This document shows positions 29,874 to 40,289 of a DNA stretch of 64,000 nt, in pieces. The position numbers and the translations under genes are program-made. The stretch spans positions 32,001 through 96,000 of the forward strand of contig CAWHEP010000010.1 in assembly GCA_963828525.1 (NCBI GenBank), in the 5' to 3' direction. This DNA is from an uncultured Verrucomicrobiae bacterium. Its GTDB lineage: Bacteria; Verrucomicrobiota; Verrucomicrobiia; Chthoniobacterales; Chthoniobacteraceae. Position 1 is the stretch's first letter; each line of letters starts with the position of its first letter. The notes under the pieces were generated by a model. The model had not been told where the DNA came from. It was given only the letters and a program-made list of their open reading frames with translations, and ran no database searches.

Positions 29874-32445
29874 AACTCGATGGGAGGCGGAGGCTCTATC
29901 TTGATCTCGCCCGTTTGCGCGGGTTGGTCCACGGGTCGCGCCACTTCCGCGCGCCTCACCTCTATCTCCTTCGGCGAAGAAGAGGGGCCGGCCGCCGATC
30001 CGCTCGTAACCGTTCCCGGAGCCGCTCCGGATTGCGCGCTCATCATAGTGTCGGCGGACTTCACGGACTTGTAGGGGTCATCCCCGCCAGTGATCGTGGG
30101 AGCCTGTATCTTCACCGCCGCGACGCCGGTGAGATCCACCGCGAGCGCAGCGCGTGGCCACTGTTGTTGACCCTTCGCCGGAGCGGAAGCGGGATTCGGC
30201 GTGGTGGTGCTCGTGTCTGCGTTTACTGGAATCGCCCTCGGGGCTCCATGGACGTCGCATGTCATGCGCGGAGCCTGATCCTCGGTGCCGATCTCGTAGT
30301 AGGCCGTGGAATGCTTCATCACCGTCCCCGCCGCCTTGTCAGTTAATGTTTCCACGCACTCGTCGGTGGCGAGCAATCCCGAGCTATGGCAGATCTTGAA
30401 ACGATGGATGGCGTCTGGCTGCGCGATTTCCTTCGGCTGGTATTTCGCGAACGTCGCGTTCATCAAATCCACCCAGATCGGGAGTGCCACCTCGTTGCTG
30501 AAGGCGCCTCTGTAAATCGGACGCGGCTTGTCAAAGCCCACCCACACACCGCAGGTGACCGCGCTGCTATACCCCAAAAACCAGTCGTCCGTGAAATTGT
30601 AAGCGGTGCCCGTTTTCCCGCCCAAAGGGAACTTCTTCAGGCCGTAGTCCGAGTACGCTTTGTCCCCTGTGCCGCGATCCAGCACATCCGAAAGGCAGGA
30701 GTGGATCTCGTAGGCGGTCGTTTCTTTCAACACACGCCGCTTGGCTGGTTGCGCTCTATACATCACTGTCCCGTCCCGCTCCTCGATCGCGGTGATCAGG
30801 AACGGCTTCTTCGGCCTCAGGCCGCCATCGGGAAAGAGCGTGTACGTCAATGTCATGTCCATAAGCGTGACTTCACTGCTGCCAAGATATGTAGCAGGAA
30901 AGCGTCGCAGCGGATTCTGAATACCGGCCTCTTTGGCAACAGCGATGACTTTGTCGATGCCAGTCTGCATCCCGACACGGACGGTCGCCGAATTCTTCGA
31001 TTTCACCAGCGCTTCCCTCGCGGAGATGGGCCCCTCATAGCGATTGTCCAACCTTTCCGGACCCCACTCTCCGAGTATTCCCGTCATCCCACCGATCATG
31101 ACCTGCCGGTTATCGATGATGGCGTCCTGGAACAGAGCGCCTGGAAAAAGCCCCGCCTCAAAGGCTGCGGAGTAAACGAGTGGTATGAACGCGGTCCCAG
31201 CCGGTCGCGCGGCGAGAGTCGCCCGGTCGGTACTGGCTGTGCGAGAAGTCTCTGCCACCCACCAGCGCGAGAATTCCGCCCGTCGAGTTATCCAGCGCCA
31301 CCACGGAGCCTTGCAGATAGTCTGGCGCGGGCAGCGCCGTTGCATCTTCGCTCTCCCCCTGCTTCCTGCCATGTTGCCGAAACAGGGCTCCGTACTGGGC
31401 GTACGTTTGATACGCGTACCCATTCCTGTTTTCGATCTCTCCCAGCCTTCGCTGCAACGTCTCTTCGGCCTTCTTTTGCAGTTCGGCGTCGATCGTCGTG
31501 TAAATCTTGTATCCATCGCTGATCGCGCTGTTCCTTCCAACCTGTGCCACAACCTGCTGGCGGATTGCGTCGATGGTGTACGAGTCGATATGCACCGCCT
31601 TGCGGCTCTTGATTGCCGGGATCTCCGCCAATCCCCCCTGATACTCCTCCTGCGTGATCAGTTTCTGCTCCAACATTCGGTGAAGCACAAAGTCGCGCTG
31701 GGTGACGCACGCCTGCCGGTTTGTCCAAGGAGAAAGGTTTTCTGGACTCTTCAGCAGCCCAGCAAGCATCGCGCACTCTCCAAGACTCAGATTCTTCGCC
31801 GGCTTTCCGAAATAGCCTCTCGACGCCGCTTCGAGACCATAGAAGCCCGCTCCGAAATAGACGCGATTCAGATAAAGCTCGACGATCTTCTCCTTGGAAA
31901 AATGGCGCTCGATCTCCAAGGCCAGGAACACCTCCAGCACCTTCCTCTTATACGTTCTTTCCCGCAGCGCGAATGTGTTGCGAGCCAGTTGCTGCGTCAG
32001 CGTGCTTGCGCCCTGCCGAATCCGTCCGGCCTGATAGTTCTTCCACTCAGCCCGGAACATGCCGTAGAAATCCACCCCTTTGTGCTGGTAAAATCGCGCG
32101 TCTTCAGCGCCTACCACCGCGCGAACCATCGTCCCGGGGATGTCGGAAAAAGGGATCGTGTCCCTATTTTCAAGAAAGATCCTTCCGAGCGTAACTCCAT
32201 TGCGATCCAGGATGACGCTCGATGACTCCATCTCCTCCAACTTTTTCAGATCGAACTGGGCGGCTTCCGCTTCGAAATCGCCCTTCACTTTCAGAAGAAA
32301 GATCGCCAGCGCGCCTGCAATGACAAACGCGGTCACGGCGAGCGACACAAACCATGTTCGTCGATAGAACGGCTTGCGCGGACGATAATCGGTACTGCCA
32401 CATAGGTCGGCGGCGTCAGCTCCGGATGGATGGTGCCTTCTCCAT
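29870..32445 (-). CDS. Class A penicillin-binding protein (PBP1A family), frameshifted near 31210 and at the 5' end
   Basis: Transglycosylase motifs EDARFY.H.GVD, GASTLTQQLARN, RK..E, YLN.VYFG. Transpeptidase region R.AGTAF, SKN, KTGT. 5' boundary approximate. Confidence 0.85.
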
Positions 32446-32452
32446 GGAGCAG

Positions 32453-33004
32453 CTAGTTCGGAGTAGCCGCAGGCGCCGACGCCGCGTCGTCGCCCTTTTT
32501 CTTCACGATAATGGCATACTTCTCGTAGACGAACTGGGAGCCCGTGAGATCCCCCAGGTAACGAGTTGCTTCCGTGAACGGCGCGTTCGCAAGGCTGAGC
32601 GTCACCTTCTGGGAATTCATGAAGTCAGCGGGAAGCTGCACAACAAAATTCACACGCGTCGCGCCACCTGTTTGCTTCTCAAGACTCTGCTTCAAGTATT
32701 CCAAGGCAGCCCCGAATGTGGCGTCCTTCAGCTCAACCTTCGGGATCCTCACAGCGCTCAGGGTCTTCTCCACATCGGCGCCCCCGCTTGGCAGTGCCGT
32801 TGATCGGATCATCCGCAGGTAGCTCGCCGCCACCTTATTGGCTGGATCGATCTGCAACACCAGCTCGAAATCCTGCTTTGCTGTGACTTTGTCACCTCGG
32901 GAATAGGCGCGTTGCGCTTCCGTCAACAGCGTGGCTGTCTCGTCCGCAAGGCACCCGCTACAGAACAGCAACCCCGCCGCTATGACATAAGAAGAACGCT
33001 TCAT
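32453..33004 (-). CDS. Secreted TPR plus STN-like domain protein
   Basis: Signal-like N-terminus; TPR (A..AY..GD..AK..F..VL.IDP.N..A..YL); IPKVE..DAT...AL.YL..VNFV..VTLSL.N.P. Confidence 0.65.
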   Translation of the reverse strand: MKRSSYVIAAGLLFCSGCLADETATLLTEAQRAYSRGDKVTAKQDFELVLQIDPANKVAASYLRMIRSTALPSGGADVEKTLSAVRIPKVELKDATFGAALEYLKQSLEKQTGGATRVNFVVQLPADFMNSQKVTLSLANAPFTEATRYLGDLTGSQFVYEKYAIIVKKKGDDAASAPAATPN

Positions 33005-33087
33005 CTCCACACGATAGCGGGGCGTGAAAATAAAATCCACTGCCGAGAGGCGTGAGCGGGGACCTGGAATCCCACCGCTACGATCCG

Positions 33088-33384
33088 TCACAGCGAGGCG
33101 AACTGAGGCTCTTCGACCTCTTCCTCGATCTCGTCTTCGTCCGTAAGCAGCGGCGCGAATCGTTCCGCGTTGAACCCATACTCAATCCCATGCCGATTCG
33201 CCGGGTTCACCAGCTCCACGAGGTACAGAGCGACCTCTCCCTCTGTGTTCTGAAGGCTGACGCCGGGCACCAGGTCCCTCACTGTGTAAACCACATCGCG
33301 CTTCGGCAGCGCCGCGTACAGCTTTTCGATACCCAGCGGGAACTGATCATCCACGCACGCAACTTTTTGACCCTGACTGAACAT
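33088..33384 (-). CDS. Small hypothetical protein (SH3-like beta barrel with acidic tail)
   Basis: F..GQKV.CVDD..P....YTVR..L.E..NP..E.GF..ERF.PL; compact ORF with an ATG start. Confidence 0.7.
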   Translation of the reverse strand: MFSQGQKVACVDDQFPLGIEKLYAALPKRDVVYTVRDLVPGVSLQNTEGEVALYLVELVNPANRHGIEYGFNAERFAPLLTDEDEIEEEVEEPQFASL

Positions 33385-33569
33385 AGAGGGGGACTATACT
33401 TCTGACGCGCGTGGGAATCAACCTGCCCCGTTGCGTCCTACCAAAACCATGCGACGCGTGATCGCTACTTCGTTGCAACTCCTGTCGCGAGACGACAAGA
33501 TCGAAGGGCCATAAAGACGCCCGGTCACATCGGCCGCATAGCCATTTGTAGAAGAATCCCGATCCATCA

Positions 33570-34574
33570 ATGAAACCCCTCCTGACTCTCCTCGCGCTGG
33601 CTGCCGCCTCGCTCGCCGCCCATGCCGCTCCGTTGACCTATCAAGGAACGTCCGGAGCGCTGGCGGGAAAACACATCGTCTTTATCGCAAGCGAACCCGA
33701 ATACAAATCGGAAGAATCCATGCCCGAACTGGCGCGCATTCTCGCCAAACATTATGGCGCCAAATGCGCGGTGCTTTTCGGTCTCGATGCAAACACCGGC
33801 GAGATCAAGCCAGGCAACTCGAACGTTCCTGGCACGGACGTCCTCGCAACCGCTGACCTCATGGTCATGTTCATGCGATTCCAGACTCTGCCTGCCGAGC
33901 AGATGCGGCCCATCCTCGATTATCTGAAGCGCGGCGGTCCAGTGATCGGTCTGCGCACGGCGACCCATTCGTTCCAGTACCCGGCGGAGAGTCCCTTCGC
34001 AAAGTATGATTTCGGTTTCAAAGGCGCCGATTTCAAAGGCGGTTTCGGCCGGCAGATTCTCGGCGAAACATGGGTTGGACATTACGCGCCGAATCACAAA
34101 TCCAGCACGCGGCTTGAGGTCGCCCCTGGCGAAGCAACGCATCCCGTGCTGACCGGTGTAAAAGATATGTGGGTCGAAATTGGGGCGTACAACGCCAGTC
34201 CAATTGAAGGCAGCAAAATCCTCGCGTTCGCTCAGCCACTTTTGGGCATGACGCCGGACTCCCCCGTCGATGAAGCCAAGAAACCCATGCCGGGCGTTTG
34301 GGTGCGCGCGTACAAGAGCGAGTCCGGAAAAGAAGGCCGCGTGTTCACCACAGTTTACGGAGCAAGCGGCGACTTCATGAACGAGGGCTTCCGTCGGATG
34401 CTGGTGAACGCCTGCTTCTGGACGCTGGGCGCCGAGAGCGCGATTAGCGCGGACAACGACATCAGCCTCGTCGGAGCGTATCGCCCCTCATGGATGGGCA
34501 AGGTCAAGCGCGCCCGGGCAATGAAGCCGGAGAACCTGGCAGGGTGGGACTCCCCGCTGTGGCCCGAGAGATAG
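33570..34574 (+). CDS. Secreted ThuA-like (class I glutamine amidotransferase fold) protein
   Basis: Signal peptide; HIVFIA...EY.SEES.P.LA.IL, GLRTATH.F, GRVF.T..G, FRRMLVNA.FW. Confidence 0.75.
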   Translation: MKPLLTLLALAAASLAAHAAPLTYQGTSGALAGKHIVFIASEPEYKSEESMPELARILAKHYGAKCAVLFGLDANTGEIKPGNSNVPGTDVLATADLMVMFMRFQTLPAEQMRPILDYLKRGGPVIGLRTATHSFQYPAESPFAKYDFGFKGADFKGGFGRQILGETWVGHYAPNHKSSTRLEVAPGEATHPVLTGVKDMWVEIGAYNASPIEGSKILAFAQPLLGMTPDSPVDEAKKPMPGVWVRAYKSESGKEGRVFTTVYGASGDFMNEGFRRMLVNACFWTLGAESAISADNDISLVGAYRPSWMGKVKRARAMKPENLAGWDSPLWPER

Positions 34575-34603
34575 GGAAGCTTCGCCGTGCTGCGCGCCGC
34601 GTT

Positions 34604-35062
34604 TTACAGTCGGGGAGTTCCTCCGGATCGGGTTTTCCAACCCAGCCACACGTGAAGAGCAATTAGAATGGGGAAGCTCAACCCGAGCAGGCCGTGTAAC
34701 CGACTAAGCAAGGCGCGGAGTTCTTCACCCCCTGCGTAGTAGAGCCCGTAGCCCGTTAGGATCAAAATGAGGTTAATGCCCAGAAAAAGAGCCCCGCTCG
34801 GGCGGTTCTTCTTCAATAGCCACGCGTGTTTTACGTGCTGCGGCAACACGCTTCCTATCACTATCAAACTGGCCATCGCAGCCGCGCCGTGAATTGAAAG
34901 CCACAGTGGCTCCGTGGGATGCGGAAAAGCCTCTGATTCGCCAGAGCGCGCCAGGACATAGTGCGCAATCTCCCACGCCACACCGGATGCAAATAGAATA
35001 GCAAAACTCAAATACAGCCACGCCTGATGCCATCGACCGAGTTCGAGTCCTCGTCGTCTCAT
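34604..35062 (-). CDS. Four-helix His-containing membrane protein (DUF4405/cytochrome b-like)
   Basis: Four hydrophobic segments with His residues at IHG, QHV, LHG and LHV. Confidence 0.7.
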   Translation of the reverse strand: MRRRGLELGRWHQAWLYLSFAILFASGVAWEIAHYVLARSGESEAFPHPTEPLWLSIHGAAAMASLIVIGSVLPQHVKHAWLLKKNRPSGALFLGINLILILTGYGLYYAGGEELRALLSRLHGLLGLSFPILIALHVWLGWKTRSGGTPRL

Positions 35063-35946
35063 TGCCAGCCTGAACTATAAAGAGTCTGCCCTTCCCTCGT
35101 GAACAAACACGCTTCCGCCCCGCGTGTCGTGAGGAGCGAGAAAGCAGGCTCTCCGCAAACCATAACAATCTTGGTGAATGCATCGGCGCGCAGGCAGGTC
35201 TCTGCTCGCACGGAAACGGATGCCTGTTGAAAACAAGTTTGCCGATTATTCGGGTTAACGATCGGACTAACCTTATGGCCACGCCATCGCTTTTGCGCAA
35301 AGTAGTGCGCCGAAGTAGCGAGAGCGCCGTCGCGGAGTGTTATTTGTTCGAAAGGCTTGTTAACGAGCCTGGGATGGCGAATCGCGACGGGATAATCGTG
35401 GGATCCGAAAGCGCGGAGGTCGCCGCCAGCATTGACCAGCGCGCTATCTACATCGACGCACTGTTTCAATTCGCCAATCGCCTTATCGACTGCGAAACCT
35501 TTGGCGATGCCACCCAGGTCGATCATCACGCCTTCTTCGGAAAAACGGACGCGACCTTTATCGAGCAGTTCAATCTTCCGGTAGTTCGCAACACCGGGGG
35601 GGCGAGACCGATGGCTGCGCGGGAGGAAGCCCCATTTCACCAGCGTAGGAGCAATCGTCACATCGAAGCAGCCCGCGGACATCTCCGCAAAATGTTGGGC
35701 TTGTTGCAGAACCTCATAAGTCCACTCATCGATACTGACAGCTCGCCCAGCTTTTGCGCCATTAAGGCGTCCCACGTCGCTGTTAGGATCATGAAAGCTC
35801 ATGAGACAATGCGCGCGCTTAATGAGGCGAAACGCGCGGTCAATCGCGCGATGAAGGGCGGCATAATCCTCGCCGCGCGCCCGCACTTCGACGAAAGTGC
35901 CCAGCAACGGACGCGCTCGGCGCGCTTCATTTAATGCAGACTTCAT
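35059..35946 (-). CDS. apbE: FAD:protein FMN transferase
   Basis: LGT.VE, MS.H...SD..RLN, FDVTI, DLGGIAKG.AVD, VNAGGD, ATS, ADA.TK. Confidence 0.92.
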   Translation of the reverse strand: MKSALNEARRARPLLGTFVEVRARGEDYAALHRAIDRAFRLIKRAHCLMSFHDPNSDVGRLNGAKAGRAVSIDEWTYEVLQQAQHFAEMSAGCFDVTIAPTLVKWGFLPRSHRSRPPGVANYRKIELLDKGRVRFSEEGVMIDLGGIAKGFAVDKAIGELKQCVDVDSALVNAGGDLRAFGSHDYPVAIRHPRLVNKPFEQITLRDGALATSAHYFAQKRWRGHKVSPIVNPNNRQTCFQQASVSVRAETCLRADAFTKIVMVCGEPAFSLLTTRGAEACLFTREGQTLYSSGWQ

Positions 35947-36466
35947 ATGTCGATAGAACCCGCTTTACGCCCTCGGTCACATGGCGGCTGGACAACGTCG
36001 CGCCGCTGATGTTGTTGATGTCTTCATTGAGTTTCAGACTCGACCGCGACGTCTTGCCAAGGAACTGTTTACGCCAGCTTGCGTTACGAATTTCGCCGCC
36101 GTAACTCTCGCGATACTCCAGTATTTCGACGTCCCGAACCGCGCCGTCCGCCGACAGAGCGACGGCATAGTCGATGACGAGGTGTTTTCCGATGACGTAA
36201 TCTATAATAAAGTAACCCTGCAGTTTCCCGCCTTGTATCGCCTTCCACACTTGCTGGCCTCGTAGCTGCACTTTTTGTCCGGAAAGCGCTTCGATACCTT
36301 TCACTTGTTCAGGAGTGAACCTGATATGTGAGGGCACAAACTGATCGCAGTTCGCGAAACAGAGTCGTTGCGCCTCTGGGACCGAGAGATATTGGACCCC
36401 GTAGGCGGGCGCGGCAGCCAGGAGCGCGACAGGAGCGGGCATAGCCCATCTGAGCCAGTCATTCAT
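35927..36466 (-). CDS. Secreted FMN-binding domain protein
   Basis: Signal peptide; YRESYGGEI, W.KQF.GK, flavinylation motif ISGATLSS. Confidence 0.9.
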   Translation of the reverse strand: MNDWLRWAMPAPVALLAAAPAYGVQYLSVPEAQRLCFANCDQFVPSHIRFTPEQVKGIEALSGQKVQLRGQQVWKAIQGGKLQGYFIIDYVIGKHLVIDYAVALSADGAVRDVEILEYRESYGGEIRNASWRKQFLGKTSRSSLKLNEDINNISGATLSSRHVTEGVKRVLSTYEVCIK

Positions 36467-36484
36467 CGATACGTTCTATGCGAC

Positions 36485-37996
36485 TTAGAAGAAAAAGCCA
36501 ACCGCGCCCAGAAGGTGATCGGACTTCGGTGAACCCGGCGCGTTATCGAGCGCAGACTGATAGTCGAGCTTCAGCACAAGCTGCGGTGTGGGAAAGACGG
36601 CCAGGCCGAATGTGTGAAACTGGCGCTGCCCTTGTCCGGTAGGCGTGTTCGCGTCGCGTCCCGCAAAGCCGCCAGTTTGCAGGTCTTCGCAGGTGTAGCG
36701 GTAGAACGGCACGATCTCCCAGCCGTTCTTCACTTTTTCCTGCAAATCCCAGTGGTAGGCGGCTTCAAGCGAGAAGCCCCACATGCCATTACCAACGTTG
36801 TCCCCCGGATCGCTGTCGTTGTTCGCTCGCAAATTGCCAGGGCTGCCGAAAAAGACATCTACAAATTCTCCGCGAAATTCGAACCCTCCTTTGGGCACAC
36901 GGTAACGCAGCTCGGTATCAACCATCGTCACGCTGCTGTGCCCGAGTAAGGCTCCATTGTCCGCATGCGCGCCGCGCGGAGTGACGTTGGATGTGTAGAA
37001 AAAGCTCGTGCTGCCCGCCAATCCAGGAGTGAACGGAGGAGTATAACTCAACCGGAACGCATAGCCGAGCGCGTTTTTTGTCTGATTGAAATCGCCGACC
37101 GGCGTCCGCCCCAGCGCGAGCGCTTCCCTCCCCGAAATGCCAGGATCGTAAGCGCCACCATTCGCGCCGCCATTCTGGCCGATATCCTCCAGGCCAGTGT
37201 TGATCTGGAACTGGTAATTGAGGTTGTCCACGACTTTCCCGTAAATACTTGTGCTTCCTTCATACCAAGTCGTGGGAATGAGGCCATTGTCCAACTCGGG
37301 CCGCTGGACGCTGTAGAACTGCGTCGGCTCGTGGAAAAGGTTGATGAAACCGAATGGAACCACATCGACGCCCGGCGCCCGCCAGTTGAAATGTTCATTG
37401 AATCTGAAATCGATATAGGCCTGTTCAATCTCCGCGCTGCCCGTCAGCTTGTCGTCGTTATCCACCGCGATACCACCATGCTCGAATTCAATCTCGGCGT
37501 TGAAGATGATGTTGTCGGTGATTTGAAATGTCGGTAACAACACGACCCTCGCCGCGTCGAAACCATCTTTCCACCCCGCTGCGGTCTGCTGTCCGCCAAA
37601 TTTCATTTCACCGTAAGCGCCAATGCTGAGGATGGCATTGCTGCGGTAGCCAAGACCAAAAAGAGCGGGGCGAGTCTCACGCGGCGGCGTCTCAGTTGCG
37701 GCGGCGGAAGGCGCGTTGTTTCCCGTGATATCCTCAGTCAAGATGCTGCGATCCAGCAGCGAGTTTGGAGATGGTGAAGAACCTTCGTACTTTGACAGGC
37801 GGGTCTCCAGGGTTTGCACTTTGGCCTGCAGTTCTTCCATTTTTTTAAGGATCATTGCGTTGTCAGGCTGGGCGGCCGGAGTCGGCGACGACGCGGCAAA
37901 CATCCCAACGCCATGGAAAAATAATAGACTGGATGCCGTGAGGGCGAAGCGGATGAAGGCGGGGCGCGAGCGATTGAGCTTGATGTTCATGCCCAA
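36485..37996 (-). CDS. Outer-membrane porin-like beta-barrel with N-terminal coiled coil
   Basis: Signal peptide, coiled coil, GAYGE, EIEFEHG, EQAYIDF, HEPT.FY.V.RP, P..VLK.DYQ, terminal Phe (GFFF). Confidence 0.85.
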   Translation of the reverse strand: MGMNIKLNRSRPAFIRFALTASSLLFFHGVGMFAASSPTPAAQPDNAMILKKMEELQAKVQTLETRLSKYEGSSPSPNSLLDRSILTEDITGNNAPSAAATETPPRETRPALFGLGYRSNAILSIGAYGEMKFGGQQTAAGWKDGFDAARVVLLPTFQITDNIIFNAEIEFEHGGIAVDNDDKLTGSAEIEQAYIDFRFNEHFNWRAPGVDVVPFGFINLFHEPTQFYSVQRPELDNGLIPTTWYEGSTSIYGKVVDNLNYQFQINTGLEDIGQNGGANGGAYDPGISGREALALGRTPVGDFNQTKNALGYAFRLSYTPPFTPGLAGSTSFFYTSNVTPRGAHADNGALLGHSSVTMVDTELRYRVPKGGFEFRGEFVDVFFGSPGNLRANNDSDPGDNVGNGMWGFSLEAAYHWDLQEKVKNGWEIVPFYRYTCEDLQTGGFAGRDANTPTGQGQRQFHTFGLAVFPTPQLVLKLDYQSALDNAPGSPKSDHLLGAVGFFF

Positions 37997-38053
37997 GGAT
38001 TATCGCAAGGCCCAGCGCGCCGCTGCCGCTGGATTGCCATTCTTTAGCGGTCT

Positions 38054-38072
38054 ATTGCGACTCAGTCTCATT
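38054..38072. promoter_or_regulatory. Fur-box-like 9-1-9 inverted repeat between the porin operon and the AraC gene
   Basis: ATTGCGACT-C-AGTCTCATT; 7 of 9 arm positions are complementary. Confidence 0.55.
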
Positions 38073-38115
38073 TAGGCTTGGCAGCCGCGCGCCCACCCCT
38101 TTAGCTTCGCCACCT

Positions 38116-39087
38116 GTGCTCATCTCAGCGCCTCGCAAAATTCCGCCACTTTCGTTCGAAGCAGCCACCTGGCGCGGCATTGATGGCCAGTGGACTCAGC
38201 TATTCGGGGATTTCGCCCGCAAAGGCGTAAGTATCGAGTGGCACGATTTTGATTCTGACCACGCGCTCCCGTGGTCACCCTCGTTTCACCCTGACAGCCT
38301 TGAAATCTGCCTCAATGAACTGGGCAGCGGTGAAATGGCTCAAAGCGCGAAAACGGCGAGGATCGAACCGCAGAACCTCGGTTATTATTTCGCCGACGGC
38401 GCGCGCGCGCAAAGACTCGGGCAGCAACGGCATCGCTTTGTCACTTTTGAGTTTTCACGGCACTATCTTGCCACTCATCTTGGCGAAGCTGCCGAGGCGA
38501 CGCGCCCTGATATCAAAGCGTTCATTCAAGGGAAGCCATTTTCGCGACTCGGATCGGTTCAGCCGCTCAGTCTGCGCTTGCGCGATCTCAGCATGATGCT
38601 TCGCGATGCCCCCGTTGCCCGCGCCGCCGCGCCGATCTGGTTCCAAAGCAAAGTGCTCGACGTGCTTGCTGAAATTGCGTTTGAAAGGCCAGTTGAGCCG
38701 GAATTGTTTTGTACCCGCCAGAAACGTCTCGCCCGCGAACGAGTGACAAAGGCTAAAGAGATCATCCAGCAGGATCTTGAAAATCCGCCATCGCTCGAAC
38801 AGTTGGGGCGGCAGGTTGGGTGCAGCCCATTTTATTTGAGCCGGCTTTTTTCGCAGGAAGCGGGAATGACAATTCCGCGATACCTGCGTGAGATTCGAAT
38901 CGAGCGCGCTGCCGAGATGCTCCATGCCGGCACTCACAACGTGACGGAAGCCGCTTTTGAGGTTGGCTACTCAAGCTTAAGTCACTTCAGCAAGGCTTTC
39001 TGCGAAACCAAGGGATGCTGCCCAGGGCTATTCCCGTCCGCTAAAGTATTGGTCGAAAGATCGCATGGCAACGGGAAGCCGGTGTAG
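38116..39087 (+). CDS. AraC-family transcriptional regulator (PchR/YbtA-like)
   Basis: LENPPSLEQL..VG.S..YLSR.F..G.TI..YLR..R.ERA..L..NVTEAA.EVGYSSLSHFS.AF. Confidence 0.9.
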   Translation: MLISAPRKIPPLSFEAATWRGIDGQWTQLFGDFARKGVSIEWHDFDSDHALPWSPSFHPDSLEICLNELGSGEMAQSAKTARIEPQNLGYYFADGARAQRLGQQRHRFVTFEFSRHYLATHLGEAAEATRPDIKAFIQGKPFSRLGSVQPLSLRLRDLSMMLRDAPVARAAAPIWFQSKVLDVLAEIAFERPVEPELFCTRQKRLARERVTKAKEIIQQDLENPPSLEQLGRQVGCSPFYLSRLFSQEAGMTIPRYLREIRIERAAEMLHAGTHNVTEAAFEVGYSSLSHFSKAFCETKGCCPGLFPSAKVLVERSHGNGKPV

Positions 39088-39306
39088 GCCGTCGGTAACA
39101 ACCTAGCAGTCGCAAAGTAAAACGTGCGCGAAAGACTTCTTCCTGCGCTGGAATACATGCGATGGTTTTGACATACCTCCAGCCACTTCCGCCTACCCTT
39201 CCCCGCGGCATTGAAGCTCCTGCTGCTCCAACGGGCGCGGGTCTTACAGGCCATCTCGGAAGATTGTCGCAGAGAATGTAAGCCGCGCATTCGCAGGGTT
39301 GGGGGA

Positions 39307-39708
39307 TCAGGCCGATTCGTCGAGCAGCTCGACGAGTTGGCGCGGCGAAAGAATGGGGATGCCGGCATGCACTTTCAACGTGAGCAGATCGTTGTCGCCT
39401 GTGACGATGGCTTCCGCTTTCGTGGCCACGGCCACGGCGAGCACTTCGTCATCGTCGCGGTCACGGCACACACTTTTGGCGAGCGGGGCAGGAAGGATGA
39501 CCGTGGCCCGGTCGCGATAGGCTTTGATGAAAGGATTGTCGTCGGGATCGACGCCAAATTTGTGACGCAGCTTTTCGTCCAGCTCTGCCAGCAACACGTC
39601 CGAGGTGAAAAACTCATGCCGGGGCAGACGCCGTTTCACGATGTCTCGGCACAGGCCATCGGCCACCAGTCCGGCAATCAGGACGTTCGTGTCACAAACG
39701 ATCCTCAA
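39307..39708 (-). CDS. PIN-domain toxin (VapC-like)
   Basis: RIVCDTNVL, EL, CRD.DDD.VL..A, IVTGDNDLL. Confidence 0.92.
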   Translation of the reverse strand: MRIVCDTNVLIAGLVADGLCRDIVKRRLPRHEFFTSDVLLAELDEKLRHKFGVDPDDNPFIKAYRDRATVILPAPLAKSVCRDRDDDEVLAVAVATKAEAIVTGDNDLLTLKVHAGIPILSPRQLVELLDESA

Positions 39709-39923
39709 GAGATGATCTTGAACACGTCTTCGTCCGTATAAACGCCCAAGGCACGGGCTTTTGGCACCAGCATCCGCCGACTGGACTCGAAAGCCTCATC
39801 CCAAAGTTGCTGTTGCACGGCGCGGCGTACAAATTCGCTTTCACTCAGGCCGAGGTTTTTCGCCGCACGGGTGACCTTGAGTCGTAGCGGCGGCGGCAAG
39901 CTGATTGTAAGCGTGGTTCTCAT
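39705..39923 (-). CDS. Ribbon-helix-helix antitoxin
   Basis: TLTISLP..L...V...A...G.S.SEFVRRA; its stop overlaps the toxin TTG start. Confidence 0.88.
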   Translation of the reverse strand: MRTTLTISLPPPLRLKVTRAAKNLGLSESEFVRRAVQQQLWDEAFESSRRMLVPKARALGVYTDEDVFKIIS

Positions 39924-40289
39924 GGTGTAAGACATCGTAACACACTTGGCGGATATAGAAAGCGCTTTTCAGAACGGCGCATCACAAGGGCTGGCGCCGA
40001 ATTCCAGTTCGCAGTCGCAGCACATCCAATACGGTTTGTCGGAAGGGCCAAGGCTGACAGTCAACGGTTCTCATTCGTCAGGAATAGCAAGAGACGGGCG
40101 AAGGCATTCGCTCGAAAAACTCGCCGCGTTATAGAATCTATACCATTACGTCAATAGCTCCCCATGCTAAATCGCACCTCAGAATGCGCTTTTTGTGAGC
40201 AACTATTAGGCAATGGTCATTGCCCATATTGCCTTTTCTGCCGATCGCCACTAAACTCTTTGCCCATCTAAACTTAGATTAGATCAAAA

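Noticed and set aside
31180..31215. PBP1A transpeptidase lacking SxxK (reads GTAFIP)
   Set aside because: It sits next to a frameshift in error-prone sequence, so it cannot be called an inactive transpeptidase without reads and orthologs.
39946..40134. 62-aa ORF next to the toxin-antitoxin module
   Set aside because: No RBS, no motifs, and atypical composition.
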